From Escherichia coli (GTDB taxonomy: Bacteria; Pseudomonadota; Gammaproteobacteria; Enterobacterales; Enterobacteriaceae), in the NCBI RefSeq assembly GCF_024223415.1, contig NZ_CP100500.1: DNA of 64,000 bases, one strand, 5' to 3'. Shown here in pieces: positions 30,927-42,359 of this stretch. A program made the translations under genes and the position numbers. The notes below the pieces were generated by a model. It did not search any database. It saw only the letters and a list, made by a program, of their open reading frames with translations, and had not been told where the DNA came from. Numbering within the stretch: the first letter of the stretch is position 1; each line of letters starts with the position of its first letter.

Positions 30927-33900
30927 ATGGACGTCAGTCGCAGACAATTTTTTAAAATCTGCGCGGGCGGTATGGCTGGAACAACAGTAGCGGCATTGGG
31001 CTTTGCCCCGAAGCAAGCACTGGCTCAGGCGCGAAACTACAAATTATTACGCGCTAAAGAGATCCGTAACACCTGCACATACTGTTCCGTAGGTTGCGGG
31101 CTATTGATGTATAGCCTGGGTGATGGCGCAAAAAACGCCAGAGAAGCGATTTATCACATTGAAGGTGACCCGGATCATCCGGTAAGCCGTGGTGCGCTGT
31201 GCCCCAAAGGGGCCGGTTTGCTGGATTACGTCAACAGTGAAAACCGTCTGCGCTACCCGGAATATCGTGCGCCAGGTTCTGACAAATGGCAGCGCATTAG
31301 CTGGGAAGAAGCATTCTCCCGTATTGCGAAGCTGATGAAAGCTGACCGTGACGCTAACTTTATTGAAAAGAACGAGCAGGGTGTAACGGTAAACCGTTGG
31401 CTTTCTACCGGTATGCTGTGTGCCTCCGGTGCCAGCAACGAAACCGGGATGCTGACCCAGAAATTTGCCCGCTCCCTCGGGATGCTGGCGGTAGACAACC
31501 AGGCGCGCGTCTGACACGGACCAACGGTAGCAAGTCTTGCTCCAACATTTGGTCGCGGTGCGATGACCAACCACTGGGTGGATATCAAAAACGCTAACGT
31601 AGTGATGGTGATGGGCGGTAACGCTGCTGAAGCGCATCCCGTCGGTTTCCGCTGGGCGATGGAAGCGAAAGACAACAACGATGCAACCTTGATCGTTGTC
31701 GATCCCCGTTTTACGCGTACCGCTTCTGTGGCGGATATTTACGCACCTATTCGTTCCGGTACGGACATTACGTTCCTGTCTGGCGTTTTGCGCTACCTGA
31801 TCGAAAACAACAAAATCAACGCCGAATACGTTAAGCATTACACCAACGCCAGCCTGCTGGTGCGTGATGATTTTGCTTTCGAAGACGGTCTGTTCAGCGG
31901 CTACGACGCTGAAAAACGCCAGTACGATAAGTCGTCCTGGAACTATCAGTTCGATGAAAACGGCTATGCAAAACGCGATGAAACACTGACTCATCCGCGC
32001 TGTGTGTGGAACCTGCTGAAAGAGCACGTTTCCCGCTACACGCCGGACGTCGTTGAAAACATCTGCGGTACGCCAAAAGCCGACTTCCTGAAAGTGTGTG
32101 AAGTGCTGGCCTCCACCAGCGCACCGGATCGCACAACCACCTTCCTGTACGCGCTGGGCTGGACGCAGCACACCGTGGGTGCGCAGAACATCCGTACTAT
32201 GGCGATGATCCAGTTGCTACTCGGTAACATGGGTATGGCCGGTGGCGGCGTGAACGCATTGCGTGGTCACTCCAACATTCAGGGGCTGACTGACTTAGGC
32301 CTGCTCTCTACCAGCCTGCCAGGTTATCTGACGCTGCCGTCAGAAAAACAGGTTGATTTGCAGTCGTATCTGGAAGCGAACACGCCGAAAGCGACGCTGG
32401 CTGGTCAGGTGAACTACTGGAGCAACTATCCGAAGTTCTTCGTTAGCCTGATGAAATCTTTCTATGGCGATGCCGCGCAGAAAGAGAACAACTGGGGCTA
32501 TGACTGGCTGCCGAAGTGGGACCAGACCTACGACGTCATCAAGTATTTCAACATGATGGATGAAGGCAAAGTCACCGGTTATTTCTGCCAGGGCTTTAAC
32601 CCGGTTGCGTCCTTCCCGGACAAAAACAAAGTGGTGAGCTGCCTGAGCAAGCTGAAGTATATGGTGGTTATCGATCCGCTGGTGACTGAAACCTCTACCT
32701 TCTGGCAGAACCACGGCGAGTCGAACGATGTCGATCCGGCGTCTATTCAGACTGAAGTATTCCGTCTGCCTTCGACCTGCTTTGCTGAAGAAGATGGTTC
32801 TATCGCTAACTCCGGTCGCTGGTTGCAGTGGCACTGGAAAGGTCAGGACGCGCCGGGTGAAGCGCGTAACGACGGCGAAATTCTGGCGGGTATCTACCAT
32901 CATCTGCGCGAGTTGTACCAGGCCGAAGGTGGTAAAGGCGTAGAACCGCTGATGAAGATGAGCTGGAACTACAAGCAGCCGCACGAACCGCAATCTGACG
33001 AAGTAGCTAAAGAGAACAACGGCTATGCGCTGGAAGATCTCTATGATGCTAATGGCGTGCTGATTGCGAAGAAAGGTCAGTTGCTGAGTAGCTTTGCGCA
33101 TCTGCGTGATGACGGTACAACCGCATCTTCTTGCTGGATCTACACCGGTAGCTGGACAGAGCAGGGCAACCAGATGGCTAACCGCGATAACTCCGACCCG
33201 TCCGGTCTGGGGAATACGCTGGGATGGGCCTGGGCGTGGCCGCTCAACCGTCGCGTGCTGTACAACCGTGCTTCGGCGGATATCAACGGTAAACCGTGGG
33301 ATCCGAAACGGATGCTGATCCAGTGGAACGGCAGCAAGTGGACGGGTAACGATATTCCGGACTTCGGCAATGCCGCACCGGGTACGCCAACCGGGCCGTT
33401 TATCATGCAGCCGGAAGGGATGGGACGCCTGTTTGCCATCAACAAAATGGCGGAAGGTCCGTTCCCGGAACACTACGAGCCGATTGAAACGCCGCTGGGC
33501 ACTAACCCGCTGCATCCGAACGTGGTGTCTAACCCGGTTGTTCGTCTGTATGAACAAGACGCACTGCGGATGGGTAAAAAAGAGCAGTTCCCGTATGTGG
33601 GTACGACCTATCGTCTGACCGAGCACTTCCACACCTGGACCAAGCACGCATTGCTCAATGCAATTGCTCAGCCGGAACAGTTTGTGGAAATCAGCGAAAC
33701 GCTGGCGGCGGCGAAAGGCATTAATAATGGCGATCGTGTCACTGTCTCAAGCAAGCGTGGCTTTATCCGCGCGGTGGCTGTGGTAACGCGTCGTCTGAAA
33801 CCGCTGAATGTAAATGGTCAGCAGGTTGAAACGGTGGGTATTCCAATCCACTGGGGCTTTGAGGGTGTCGCGCGTAAAGGTTATATCGCTAACACTCTGA

Positions 33901-33974
33901 CGCCGAATGTCGGTGATGCAAACTCGCAAACGCCGGAATATAAAGCGTTCTTAGTCAACATCGAGAAGGCGTAA
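30927..33974 (+). CDS. fdnG: Formate dehydrogenase-N alpha subunit, selenocysteine-containing (UGA at 31512-31514 decoded as Sec), 1015 aa
   Basis: Tat signal MDVSRRQFFKICAGGMAGTTVAA; the two ORF-track pieces (30927..31514 and 31563..33974) are in the same frame, separated only by the in-frame TGA. Confidence 0.95.
31512..31555 (+). promoter_or_regulatory. Selenocysteine recoding site: UGA plus downstream SECIS-like structured region
   Basis: In-frame TGA inside an otherwise continuous conserved ORF; GC-rich region immediately 3' (exact SECIS fold not computed). Confidence 0.55.
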
Positions 33975-33986
33975 GGGGGCGAACAG

Positions 33987-34871
33987 ATGGCTATGGAAAC
34001 GCAGGACATTATCAAAAGGTCCGCAACTAACTCCATCACGCCGCCTTCTCAGGTGCGTGATTACAAAGCAGAAGTCGCAAAACTTATCGACGTTTCCACC
34101 TGTATCGGCTGTAAAGCCTGTCAGGTGGCGTGTTCGGAGTGGAACGACATCCGTGATGAAGTGGGGCACTGCGTCGGGGTTTACGATAACCCCGCCGATC
34201 TGAGCGCCAAGTCCTGGACGGTGATGCGCTTTAGCGAAACCGAACAGAACGGCAAGCTGGAGTGGCTGATCCGTAAAGACGGCTGTATGCACTGTGAAGA
34301 TCCAGGCTGCCTGAAGGCGTGCCCGTCTGCTGGTGCAATCATTCAGTACGCTAACGGGATTGTCGATTTCCAGTCGGAAAACTGCATCGGCTGTGGTTAC
34401 TGCATTGCCGGGTGTCCGTTTAATATTCCGCGCCTCAACAAAGAGGATAACCGGGTATATAAATGCACGCTCTGCGTCGATCGCGTCAGCGTCGGCCAGG
34501 AACCGGCTTGTGTGAAAACCTGTCCGACCGGGGCTATCCACTTCGGCACCAAGAAGGAGATGCTGGAGCTGGCGGAACAGCGCGTGGCGAAACTGAAAGC
34601 GCGTGGTTACGAACATGCTGGCGTCTACAACCCGGAAGGGGTCGGTGGTACGCACGTTATGTACGTGCTGCATCACGCCGATCAGCCGGAGCTGTATCAC
34701 GGTCTGCCGAAAGATCCGAAGATCGACACCTCGGTAAGCCTGTGGAAAGGCGCGTTGAAACCGCTGGCAGCGGCTGGCTTTATTGCCACTTTTGCAGGGT
34801 TGATTTTCCATTACATCGGTATTGGCCCGAATAAGGAAGTGGACGATGACGAGGAGGATCATCATGAGTAA
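33987..34871 (+). CDS. fdnH: Formate dehydrogenase-N beta subunit (4Fe-4S), 294 aa
   Basis: Multiple CxxCxxCxxxCP ferredoxin motifs; C-terminal TM anchor. Confidence 0.95.
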   Translation: MAMETQDIIKRSATNSITPPSQVRDYKAEVAKLIDVSTCIGCKACQVACSEWNDIRDEVGHCVGVYDNPADLSAKSWTVMRFSETEQNGKLEWLIRKDGCMHCEDPGCLKACPSAGAIIQYANGIVDFQSENCIGCGYCIAGCPFNIPRLNKEDNRVYKCTLCVDRVSVGQEPACVKTCPTGAIHFGTKKEMLELAEQRVAKLKARGYEHAGVYNPEGVGGTHVMYVLHHADQPELYHGLPKDPKIDTSVSLWKGALKPLAAAGFIATFAGLIFHYIGIGPNKEVDDDEEDHHE

Positions 34872-35517
34872 GTCGAAAATGATTGTGCGCACCAAATTTA
34901 TTGATCGCGCCTGTCACTGGACCGTGGTGATTTGCTTCTTCCTGGTGGCGCTGTCCGGGATTTCGTTCTTCTTCCCGACGCTGCAATGGCTGACGCAAAC
35001 CTTCGGTACGCCGCAGATGGGACGCATTTTGCACCCATTCTTCGGCATTGCGATTTTCGTCGCACTGATGTTTATGTTTGTGCGTTTTGTGCATCACAAC
35101 ATCCCGGATAAGAAAGATATTCCGTGGCTGTTGAACATTGTCGAAGTATTGAAAGGCAATGAGCACAAAGTGGCGGATGTTGGTAAGTACAACGCCGGGC
35201 AAAAGATGATGTTCTGGTCAATCATGAGCATGATTTTCGTGCTGCTGGTGACCGGGGTGATTATCTGGCGTCCGTACTTTGCGCAGTACTTCCCGATGCA
35301 GGTTGTCCGTTATAGCCTGCTGATTCACGCGGCTGCGGGTATCATCCTGATCCACGCCATCCTGATCCATATGTATATGGCATTCTGGGTGAAAGGATCG
35401 ATTAAAGGGATGATCGAAGGGAAGGTGAGCCGTCGCTGGGCGAAGAAACATCATCCACGCTGGTATCGTGAAATCGAGAAGGCAGAAGCGAAAAAAGAGA
35501 GTGAAGAAGGGATATAA
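34864..35517 (+). CDS. fdnI: Formate dehydrogenase-N gamma subunit (cytochrome b556), 217 aa
   Basis: Start refined to ATG 34864 ([19 protein letters not shown]...), overlapping the fdnH 3' end; heme-binding membrane protein. Confidence 0.93.
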
Positions 35518-35590
35518 TCTCTTTTGAACTTTAAGCTGAAAATGGCGCTGTAAAAGGCGCCATATTGTAGACAACGTGGGCTTTGTTCAT

Positions 35591-35688
35591 GCCGGATGCG
35601 GCGTGAACGCCTTATCCGGCCTACAAACCGTTCAAATCCAATAGATTGCAGTGAACGTGTAGGCCTGATAAGCGTAGCGCATCAGGCA
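35591..35688. repeat. REP/BIME element (two REP units) downstream of fdnI
   Basis: gccggatgcggcgtgaacgccttatccggcctac ... gtaggcctgataagcgtagcgcatcaggca. Confidence 0.6.
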
Positions 35689-35738
35689 ATGTTGCGTTTG
35701 TCATCAGTTTCAAATGGCGCTTTATAAGGTGCCATTTT

Positions 35739-36023
35739 TTATTGCGTAACCAGACGGCGTAATCGCGACACATCCACCGTTTTTTCAGCCTCTGCCAGAC
35801 TCCAGGCGTTTTGCAGATTCAGCCACATTTGCGGCGAACTGCCGATCACCACGGAAAGTTTAATTGCCATTTCTGGCGTCAAAGCTGCTTTTCCGGTCAG
35901 CAATCGGCTTGCCGTTGAGGGCGCAATTTCCATTGCTCTGGCAAACTCGCGCAGGCTGACATTAAGTTCGTCCAGTGATTCCTGAATAATGTCCCCCGGG
36001 CGGGGATGATTGGCCATTTTCAT
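35739..36023 (-). CDS. yddM: HigA-like HTH (XRE-family) antitoxin homolog, 94 aa
   Basis: Start chosen at ATG 36021-36023 ([49 protein letters not shown]...); the frame is open a further 26 codons upstream, so start is uncertain. Confidence 0.8.
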
Positions 36024-36168
36024 TAGTGTCTTTACTCTCAGTAGCGTTCCTTCTCTGGGAACACTATCATTATTGTTCCTTCCTACGCAACAATAATCCA
36101 TCTAGCCATTTCATGTTGGAGAGTGTGCGATGCTGCGACCCGAACATGGGAGTCGCAGCAAAGGCCTC

Positions 36169-37179
36169 TTAGCGGCGGAAATCAATCACCATGCGGCCAC
36201 GGATTTTGCCTTCTTCCATCTCGGTAAAGATGGTGTTGATGTCCGCTAACGGACGCAGGGCGACTTTCGGCACCACTTTGCCTTCGGCGGCAAACTGGAA
36301 GGCTTCAGTTAGATCCTGGCGCGTGCCGACCAGCGAACCGACCACTTCAATGCCATCCAGCACAAGACGTGGGATATCCAGGCTCATAGACTCCGGCGGC
36401 AGACCGACAGCCACAACACGACCGCCTGCACGGACAGCATCAACTGCCGAGTTAAACGCAGCTTTAGCTACTGCTGTTACCACCGCAGCGTGAGCGCCAC
36501 CGGTTTTCTCCTGCACAATTTTGGCGGCGTCTTCGGTGCGTGAGTTAATCGCTAAATCTGCACCCATTTCGGTTGCCAGTTTTAACTGCTCATCATTGAC
36601 ATCAATGGCGATCACTTTGGCGTTAAAGACATTCTTCGCGTATTGCAGGGCGAGGTTACCCAGACCGCCAAGACCGTAGATAGCAATCCACTGCCCGGGA
36701 CGAATTTTTGACAGCTTAACGGCTTTGTAGGTGGTGACCCCCGCACAGGTAATGCTGCTGGCCGCCGCCGAGTCCAGACCATCTGGCACTTTTACCGCGT
36801 AATCGGCGACCACGATGCACTCTTCCGCCATCCCGCCATCAACGCTGTATCCGGCATTTTTAACTGAACGGCAGAGCGTTTCGTTACCACTGTTACAGTA
36901 TTCGCAATGACCGCATCCTTCGTAAAACCACGCCACGCTGGCACGATCGCCTGGTTTTAATGAGGTGACACCTGGGCCAACTTCTGCCACCACACCGATG
37001 CCTTCATGGCCCAGAATTACGCCGGTTTTGTCACCAAAATCGCCATTCTTAACATGAAGATCGGTATGACATACACCACAACACTCCATTTTCAGCAGGG
37101 CTTCGCCATGTTTCAGTGAGCGCAGTGTTTTATCCGTAACGTCAACATGATGATCCTTCGTAACAACTGCAGCCTTCAT
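36169..37179 (-). CDS. adhP: Zn-dependent alcohol dehydrogenase, propanol-preferring, 336 aa
   Basis: [19 protein letters not shown]...; GHEGIG and CGVCHTD zinc motifs; AGGAGG RBS. Confidence 0.95.
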   Translation of the reverse strand: MKAAVVTKDHHVDVTDKTLRSLKHGEALLKMECCGVCHTDLHVKNGDFGDKTGVILGHEGIGVVAEVGPGVTSLKPGDRASVAWFYEGCGHCEYCNSGNETLCRSVKNAGYSVDGGMAEECIVVADYAVKVPDGLDSAAASSITCAGVTTYKAVKLSKIRPGQWIAIYGLGGLGNLALQYAKNVFNAKVIAIDVNDEQLKLATEMGADLAINSRTEDAAKIVQEKTGGAHAAVVTAVAKAAFNSAVDAVRAGGRVVAVGLPPESMSLDIPRLVLDGIEVVGSLVGTRQDLTEAFQFAAEGKVVPKVALRPLADINTIFTEMEEGKIRGRMVIDFRR

Positions 37180-37312
37180 AGTTCCTCCTTTTCGGATGAT
37201 GTTCTGCATAGCAGGTGAGGCAAATGAGATTTATTCGCCACTACCCAGTATGGATGAGATCTGAAAAAGGGAGAGGGAAATTGCCCGGTAGCCTTCACTA
37301 CCGGGCGCAGGC

Positions 37313-39010
37313 TTAGATGGAGGTACGGCGGTAGTCGCGGTATTCGGCTTGCCAGAAATTATCGTCAATGGCCTGTTGCAGGGCTTCGGCAGAGGTTTTC
37401 ACCGCCACGCCTTGCTGCTGCGCCATTTTGCCAACCGCAAACGCAATTGCGCGGGAGACTTTCTGAATATCTTTCAGTTCCGGCAGTACCAGACCTTCGC
37501 CGTTCAGCACCAATGGTGAATACTGCGCCAGCGTTTCACTTGCCGACATCAGCATTTCATCGGTGATACGTGACGCGCCGGAAGCAATAACACCCAGGCC
37601 GATGCCCGGGAAAATAAAGGCGTTGTTACACTGGGCGATAGGGTAGATTTTATCTTTCCATACCACTGGATTAAACGGGCTGCCCGTGGCGACCAGCGCG
37701 TTACCTTCAGTCCAGGCGATAATGTCCTGCGGTGTGGCTTCCACGCGTGACGTCGGGTTGGACAGCGGCATCACGATCGGACGCGGACAGTGTTTATGCA
37801 TCTCACGGATGATCTCTTCCGTAAACAGCCCGGTCTGTCCTGAGACGCCAATCAGAATATCTGGTTTTACATTGCGCACCACATCCAGCAGTGACAACAC
37901 ATCGCTGTCGGTATCCCAGTCACTGAGGTTTTCGCGCTTCTGCACCAGTTTGGTCTGGAAAGGCAGCAGGTTCGGCATCTTGTCGGTCAGCAAGCCAAAG
38001 CGATCGACCATAAAGACTTTCTGCCGCGCCGCTTCCTCGCTTAATCCTTCGCGCTGGGTCTGGGCGATGATCATTTCGGCAATGCCGCATCCCGCTGAAC
38101 CTGCGCCAAGGAAGACGATTTTTTTCTCGCTTAACTGACCACCTGCCGCGCGGCTTGCTGCGATCAGGGTGCCGACTGTTACCGCCGCAGTGCCCTGAAT
38201 GTCATCGTTAAAGGAACAAATTTCATTGCGATAGCGGTTAAGTAACGGCATCGCATTTTTTTGTGCGAAGTCTTCAAACTGCAACAGCACGTCCGGCCAG
38301 CGTTGTTTCACAGCCTGGATAAATTCATCAACGAATTCATAGTATTCGTCGTCAGTGATACGCGGATTACGCCAGCCCATATACAGCGGATCGTTAAGCA
38401 GCTGTTGGTTGTTGGTGCCGACATCCAGCACCACCGGAAGGGTATACGCCGGGCTGATGCCGCCACAGGCGGTATAGAGCGACAGTTTACCGATCGGAAT
38501 GCCCATCCCGCCGATGCCCTGGTCACCAAGCCCCAGAATACGTTCACCGTCAGTCACCACAATCACTTTGATATTATGGTTTGGTACGTTTTGCAGAATA
38601 TCGTCCATATTGTGGCGGTTCTGGTAAGAAATAAACACGCCGCGTGAACGGCGGTAGATCTCAGAAAAACGCTCACAGGCTGCGCCGACGGTTGGGGTAT
38701 AAATAACAGGCATCATCTCATCAAGATGATTGTTTACCAGACGGTAGAAGAGGGTTTCGTTAGTGTCCTGGATGTTACGCAGGTAGATGTGTTTGTCGAT
38801 TTCGGTTTTGAATCCCTGATACTGGATCCATGCTCGTTCCGCTTGTTCCTCGATGGTTTCGACCACTTCCGGCAGTAACCCCAGCAGGTTGAAGTTACGG
38901 CGTTCTTCCATGCTGAAGGCACTGCCTTTATTTAACAACGGAAATTCCAGCAGTACAGGGCCAGCGTAAGGGATATAAAGCGAACGCTGTTTTTTTGTTT
39001 TTGGTTCCAT
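37313..39010 (-). CDS. maeA: NAD-dependent malic enzyme, 565 aa
   Basis: Start refined to ATG 39008-39010 ([23 protein letters not shown]...); malic enzyme family. Confidence 0.95.
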   Translation of the reverse strand: MEPKTKKQRSLYIPYAGPVLLEFPLLNKGSAFSMEERRNFNLLGLLPEVVETIEEQAERAWIQYQGFKTEIDKHIYLRNIQDTNETLFYRLVNNHLDEMMPVIYTPTVGAACERFSEIYRRSRGVFISYQNRHNMDDILQNVPNHNIKVIVVTDGERILGLGDQGIGGMGIPIGKLSLYTACGGISPAYTLPVVLDVGTNNQQLLNDPLYMGWRNPRITDDEYYEFVDEFIQAVKQRWPDVLLQFEDFAQKNAMPLLNRYRNEICSFNDDIQGTAAVTVGTLIAASRAAGGQLSEKKIVFLGAGSAGCGIAEMIIAQTQREGLSEEAARQKVFMVDRFGLLTDKMPNLLPFQTKLVQKRENLSDWDTDSDVLSLLDVVRNVKPDILIGVSGQTGLFTEEIIREMHKHCPRPIVMPLSNPTSRVEATPQDIIAWTEGNALVATGSPFNPVVWKDKIYPIAQCNNAFIFPGIGLGVIASGASRITDEMLMSASETLAQYSPLVLNGEGLVLPELKDIQKVSRAIAFAVGKMAQQQGVAVKTSAEALQQAIDDNFWQAEYRDYRRTSI

Positions 39011-39166
39011 GTCACTCACTCTTTTTTGAATATCCATCCCTGGGGGGCTTTTATCGTCTTTGCTTTACCGCCAGGGCGTCGGCCCCAAGTATAAAGCAGA
39101 TAAAAACAAAAACACCATTGCGCAGGCAATGGTGTTTAATCGTCATTGAGGACTGATGGTTATGAA

Positions 39167-39304
39167 TTACTTTTCAGCGGGGCGTTTTCTGCCGGTTGGG
39201 TTATTTACCACGCTGGATTTGTCACCTTCGGTAACTATTTTGCGCTGGTTAGATATTTTATGGTCCAGTCCAAGAATATGACGTGCCTGACGGTTCGATT
39301 TCAT
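39167..39304 (-). CDS. sra: Stationary-phase ribosome-associated protein Sra (30S subunit protein S22), 45 aa
   Basis: Minus-strand translation [45 protein letters not shown] with GAGGAG RBS; below the ORF-track size cut-off, and the + strand ORF 39146..39352 is spurious. Confidence 0.85.
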
Positions 39305-39405
39305 TTTAACTCCTCAATCCTGTTGCTAGTTTTAAGGACAACATCGCCGTAGCGAAGAAACACGTGCTAAACCCCTAAATTAGGTTGCCGATCAAGCATA
39401 GCATC

Positions 39406-39621
39406 TTAAAGCGTAGGGTGCTGGCCACTGACCACATAATTGACCGTTTGCTGGTAGATATCACTGAGGATGTCGTTATCAGAAGCTTCCACCCATTTGG
39501 TCAGCTCCATGAGAATGTCATCTTCAGTGACAACACCGTGCTCTGCCCGAAGGCCTTGCTCAATGGCATTAACCAGAGCGGGTTCTGCTGTTGAATTTTC
39601 TGCCTGATAATAAGTAAACAT
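39406..39621 (-). CDS. bdm: Biofilm-dependent modulation protein, 71 aa
   Basis: Start refined to ATG 39619-39621 (MFTYYQAENSTAEPALVNAIEQ...). Confidence 0.85.
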   Translation of the reverse strand: MFTYYQAENSTAEPALVNAIEQGLRAEHGVVTEDDILMELTKWVEASDNDILSDIYQQTVNYVVSGQHPTL

Positions 39622-39966
39622 AGTGATTCTCCGTGTCTGTGTATTTATAGTGTCTGCTACGGATCGCAGATTTATAAAGCACATTCAGCATGGCAAATAT
39701 TTGCCGCTTCGTTGTTAAGATTAGTCCTGGTTGATGATTTTTATATTTTAACCACATGATATTGATAGGTATTATTATTGTGGTGAGTTGAATGATATTG
39801 ATGCAATATCTCTTGAGATATATATTCCCGGTAATCTATTGTGGGAATTTAATTTAAGTGCAGAAGTAATATTTTCTGCCGGATTTTATTCGGAATATCC
39901 TGCTTATCCTCGTGCTGTTTCTCACGTAGTCTATAATTTCCTTTTTAAGCCCACAGGAGAGCAACA

Positions 39967-40398
39967 ATGACAATCCATAAGAAAGGTCAGGCACACTGGG
40001 AAGGCGATATCAAACGCGGGAAGGGAACAGTATCCACCGAGAGTGGCGTGCTGAACCAACAGCCGTATGGATTTAACACGCGTTTTGAAGGCGAAAAAGG
40101 AACCAACCCTGAAGAACTGATTGGCGCAGCGCATGCCGCATGTTTCTCAATGGCGCTTTCATTAATGCTGGGGGAAGCGGGATTCACGCCAACATCGATT
40201 GATACCACCGCCGATGTGTCGCTGGATAAAGTGGATGCCGGTTTTGCGATTACGAAAATCGCACTGAAGAGTGAAGTTGCGGTGCCGGGTATTGATGCCT
40301 CTACCTTTGACGGCATCATCCAGAAAGCAAAAGCAGGATGCCCGGTCTCTCAGGTACTGAAAGCGGAAATTACGCTGGATTACCAGTTGAAATCGTAA
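39967..40398 (+). CDS. osmC: Osmotically inducible peroxiredoxin OsmC, 143 aa
   Basis: OsmC/Ohr family with both catalytic Cys (AACFSM, AGCPVSQ); GGAGAG RBS. Confidence 0.95.
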   Translation: MTIHKKGQAHWEGDIKRGKGTVSTESGVLNQQPYGFNTRFEGEKGTNPEELIGAAHAACFSMALSLMLGEAGFTPTSIDTTADVSLDKVDAGFAITKIALKSEVAVPGIDASTFDGIIQKAKAGCPVSQVLKAEITLDYQLKS

Positions 40399-40453
40399 AG
40401 CGTTGCCGGATGACGCGTCAGGCGCGTGAATGCCTGATGCGTTGTTAGCATCT

Positions 40454-41380
40454 CTACAGCGCCCGCCAGCACCGGAGCTCACGTCCGTCCTCCCTTATTG
40501 CTAATGATTGCCGGACTTCGCATCCGCTGGTTGAAAGGGGGCAACGTTCGTAGAAAAAACAGCCTTGCGGCAACGTGCGGTTTCCCGGCAGATCCGTTTT
40601 ACGTAATGCCCATTCTTCCTCCAGCGGTTTATCAATGGCGGGGAGGGAATCCAGCAATAATCGGGTGTATGGATGTGCCGGAGCCGTTAGCACCTGTTGC
40701 GCTTCCCCTAATTCCACAATCTGCCCGAGATACATCACCGCTACCCGATCGCTCATATGACGAATCACCGAGACATTGTGTGAGATCAGCACATAGGTCA
40801 GCCCGCGATTTACCTGTAGCGTTACCAGTAAATTGAGGATCTGCGCCTGCACGGAGATATCCAGCGCCGAGGTTGGCTCATCAAGCACAATCACGTCAGG
40901 CTGCGAAGAGAGTGCTCTGGCAATGGCGATGCGTTGCCGCTGCCCGCCGGAGAACGCATGAGGCAGGCGGTCGAGATACTCCGGACGAATACCCACCTGC
41001 ACAGCCAGCTCCTCTGCCAACGCTCGCCGCTGTTGTTCACTACTACGCTTAGCTATCCAGAGCGGTTCTGTGATGATGCGCCACACCGGTAAGCGCGGAT
41101 TAAGCGAAGAGAGCGGGTCCTGAAACACCATCTGCATAATGCGTTGTGATCCTGAACGGATGTATTGCCCGTGGCTCGGTTGCAGCATACCCATTAAAAG
41201 CTGTGCGAAGGTGCTTTTGCCGCAGCCTGACTCACCGACGATCCCTAAGGTTTCACCACGGCGGATCTGTAAATCAATACCATTAATCGCATGAACATGT
41301 TCCGTAGTTTTACCAAGCCAGTTTTTACGGGCCGGGAAATTGATATGGACGTCGCGTAACGTTAATAACGTGTCAGACAC
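40454..41380 (-). CDS. ddpF: D,D-dipeptide ABC transporter ATP-binding protein, 308 aa
   Basis: Walker A GESGCGKST, ABC signature LSGGQRQR. Confidence 0.9.
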   Translation of the reverse strand: MSDTLLTLRDVHINFPARKNWLGKTTEHVHAINGIDLQIRRGETLGIVGESGCGKSTFAQLLMGMLQPSHGQYIRSGSQRIMQMVFQDPLSSLNPRLPVWRIITEPLWIAKRSSEQQRRALAEELAVQVGIRPEYLDRLPHAFSGGQRQRIAIARALSSQPDVIVLDEPTSALDISVQAQILNLLVTLQVNRGLTYVLISHNVSVIRHMSDRVAVMYLGQIVELGEAQQVLTAPAHPYTRLLLDSLPAIDKPLEEEWALRKTDLPGNRTLPQGCFFYERCPLSTSGCEVRQSLAIREDGRELRCWRAL

Positions 41381-42359
41381 TTATGACCTCCTGCTGCGGA
41401 TACCAACAGGCGCAGCGCTGGTTGTTGTCACCACACGCTGTCAGCGCCGGGACGTTTTCACACTGTGCACCTGCCGCATAGCAACGATCGCGAAAAGCGC
41501 AGCCGTCAGGCAAATGGGTGAGATTTGGTACCGTCCCTGGAATGGCGGGTAATGGCTGGCGCGGTATTCCATGTTCTGGTGCGCATTGCAGCAAACCAAT
41601 GGTATACGGATGCCGGGGATGATGGATAACGTCTGCCGTCACGCCGCTTTCAATTACGCTTCCGGCATACATCACGTAAACGCTATCGCACAGTTGCGAC
41701 ACCACGGCCATATCATGGCTGATGAACAGTACCGCAGTTCCACTGGCGCGGGCTTTATGTTTAAGCAAACGCAGTACCTGCAACTGTACCGTGACGTCCA
41801 GCGCCGTAGTCGGTTCGTCGGCAATAATCAATTGCGGCTCGCAGGAGAATGCCAGCGCAATCATTACCCGCTGGCGCATACCACCTGAAAGCTCAAACGG
41901 ATAGCGCGACATAACTTCCACTGCATCCGGGATTTGCATCTCTTCCAGCAGGGCAATCGCTTTAGCTCTGGCTTCCCGACGACTTATTGGTTGATGATGG
42001 CGGATCACGTCCATCATCTGAAGACCTATTCGACGTGTCGGATTAAGGGCGGTCATCGGTTCCTGAAAGATCATCGCCACTCGTGCGCCGCGCCACTGAC
42101 GAAGCTGTGTTTCCCGCGCGTTAAGAACATCTTCTCCCAGCAGGGAAATCTGCCCCCGATGTACGCAATAACTGCCCGTCGGTAGCAGACGCATAATCAG
42201 CATTGCGGTGACTGATTTACCTGAGCCGGATTCTCCCACCAGACCGACAATTTCACCGCGGTTAATCTGCAAGGACACATTGTTGAGCGCGTGAACATCA
42301 CCGTTAAAACCGGGGAAACTCAAATGCAGTTGTTGAATGTCCAGAACGGGTTGGGTCAT
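41373..42359 (-). CDS. ddpD: D,D-dipeptide ABC transporter ATP-binding protein, 328 aa
   Basis: Walker A GESGSGKS, signature LSGGMRQR; overlaps ddpF and ddpC. Confidence 0.9.
   Translation of the reverse strand: MTQPVLDIQQLHLSFPGFNGDVHALNNVSLQINRGEIVGLVGESGSGKSVTAMLIMRLLPTGSYCVHRGQISLLGEDVLNARETQLRQWRGARVAMIFQEPMTALNPTRRIGLQMMDVIRHHQPISRREARAKAIALLEEMQIPDAVEVMSRYPFELSGGMRQRVMIALAFSCEPQLIIADEPTTALDVTVQLQVLRLLKHKARASGTAVLFISHDMAVVSQLCDSVYVMYAGSVIESGVTADVIHHPRHPYTIGLLQCAPEHGIPRQPLPAIPGTVPNLTHLPDGCAFRDRCYAAGAQCENVPALTACGDNNQRCACWYPQQEVISV

Noticed and set aside
31563-33974. Second fdnG ORF listed as a separate 803-aa gene
   Set aside because: It is in the same frame as 30927..31514 and separated only by the selenocysteine TGA, so this is one gene.
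39146-39352. 68-aa plus-strand ORF between maeA and bdm
   Set aside because: No conserved features, TTG start; the opposite strand encodes the recognisable 45-aa Sra protein with a good RBS.
40405-40450. GC-rich palindromic sequence after osmC as a possible REP element
   Set aside because: It only partially resembles the REP consensus; it may simply be the osmC terminator region and is not annotated.
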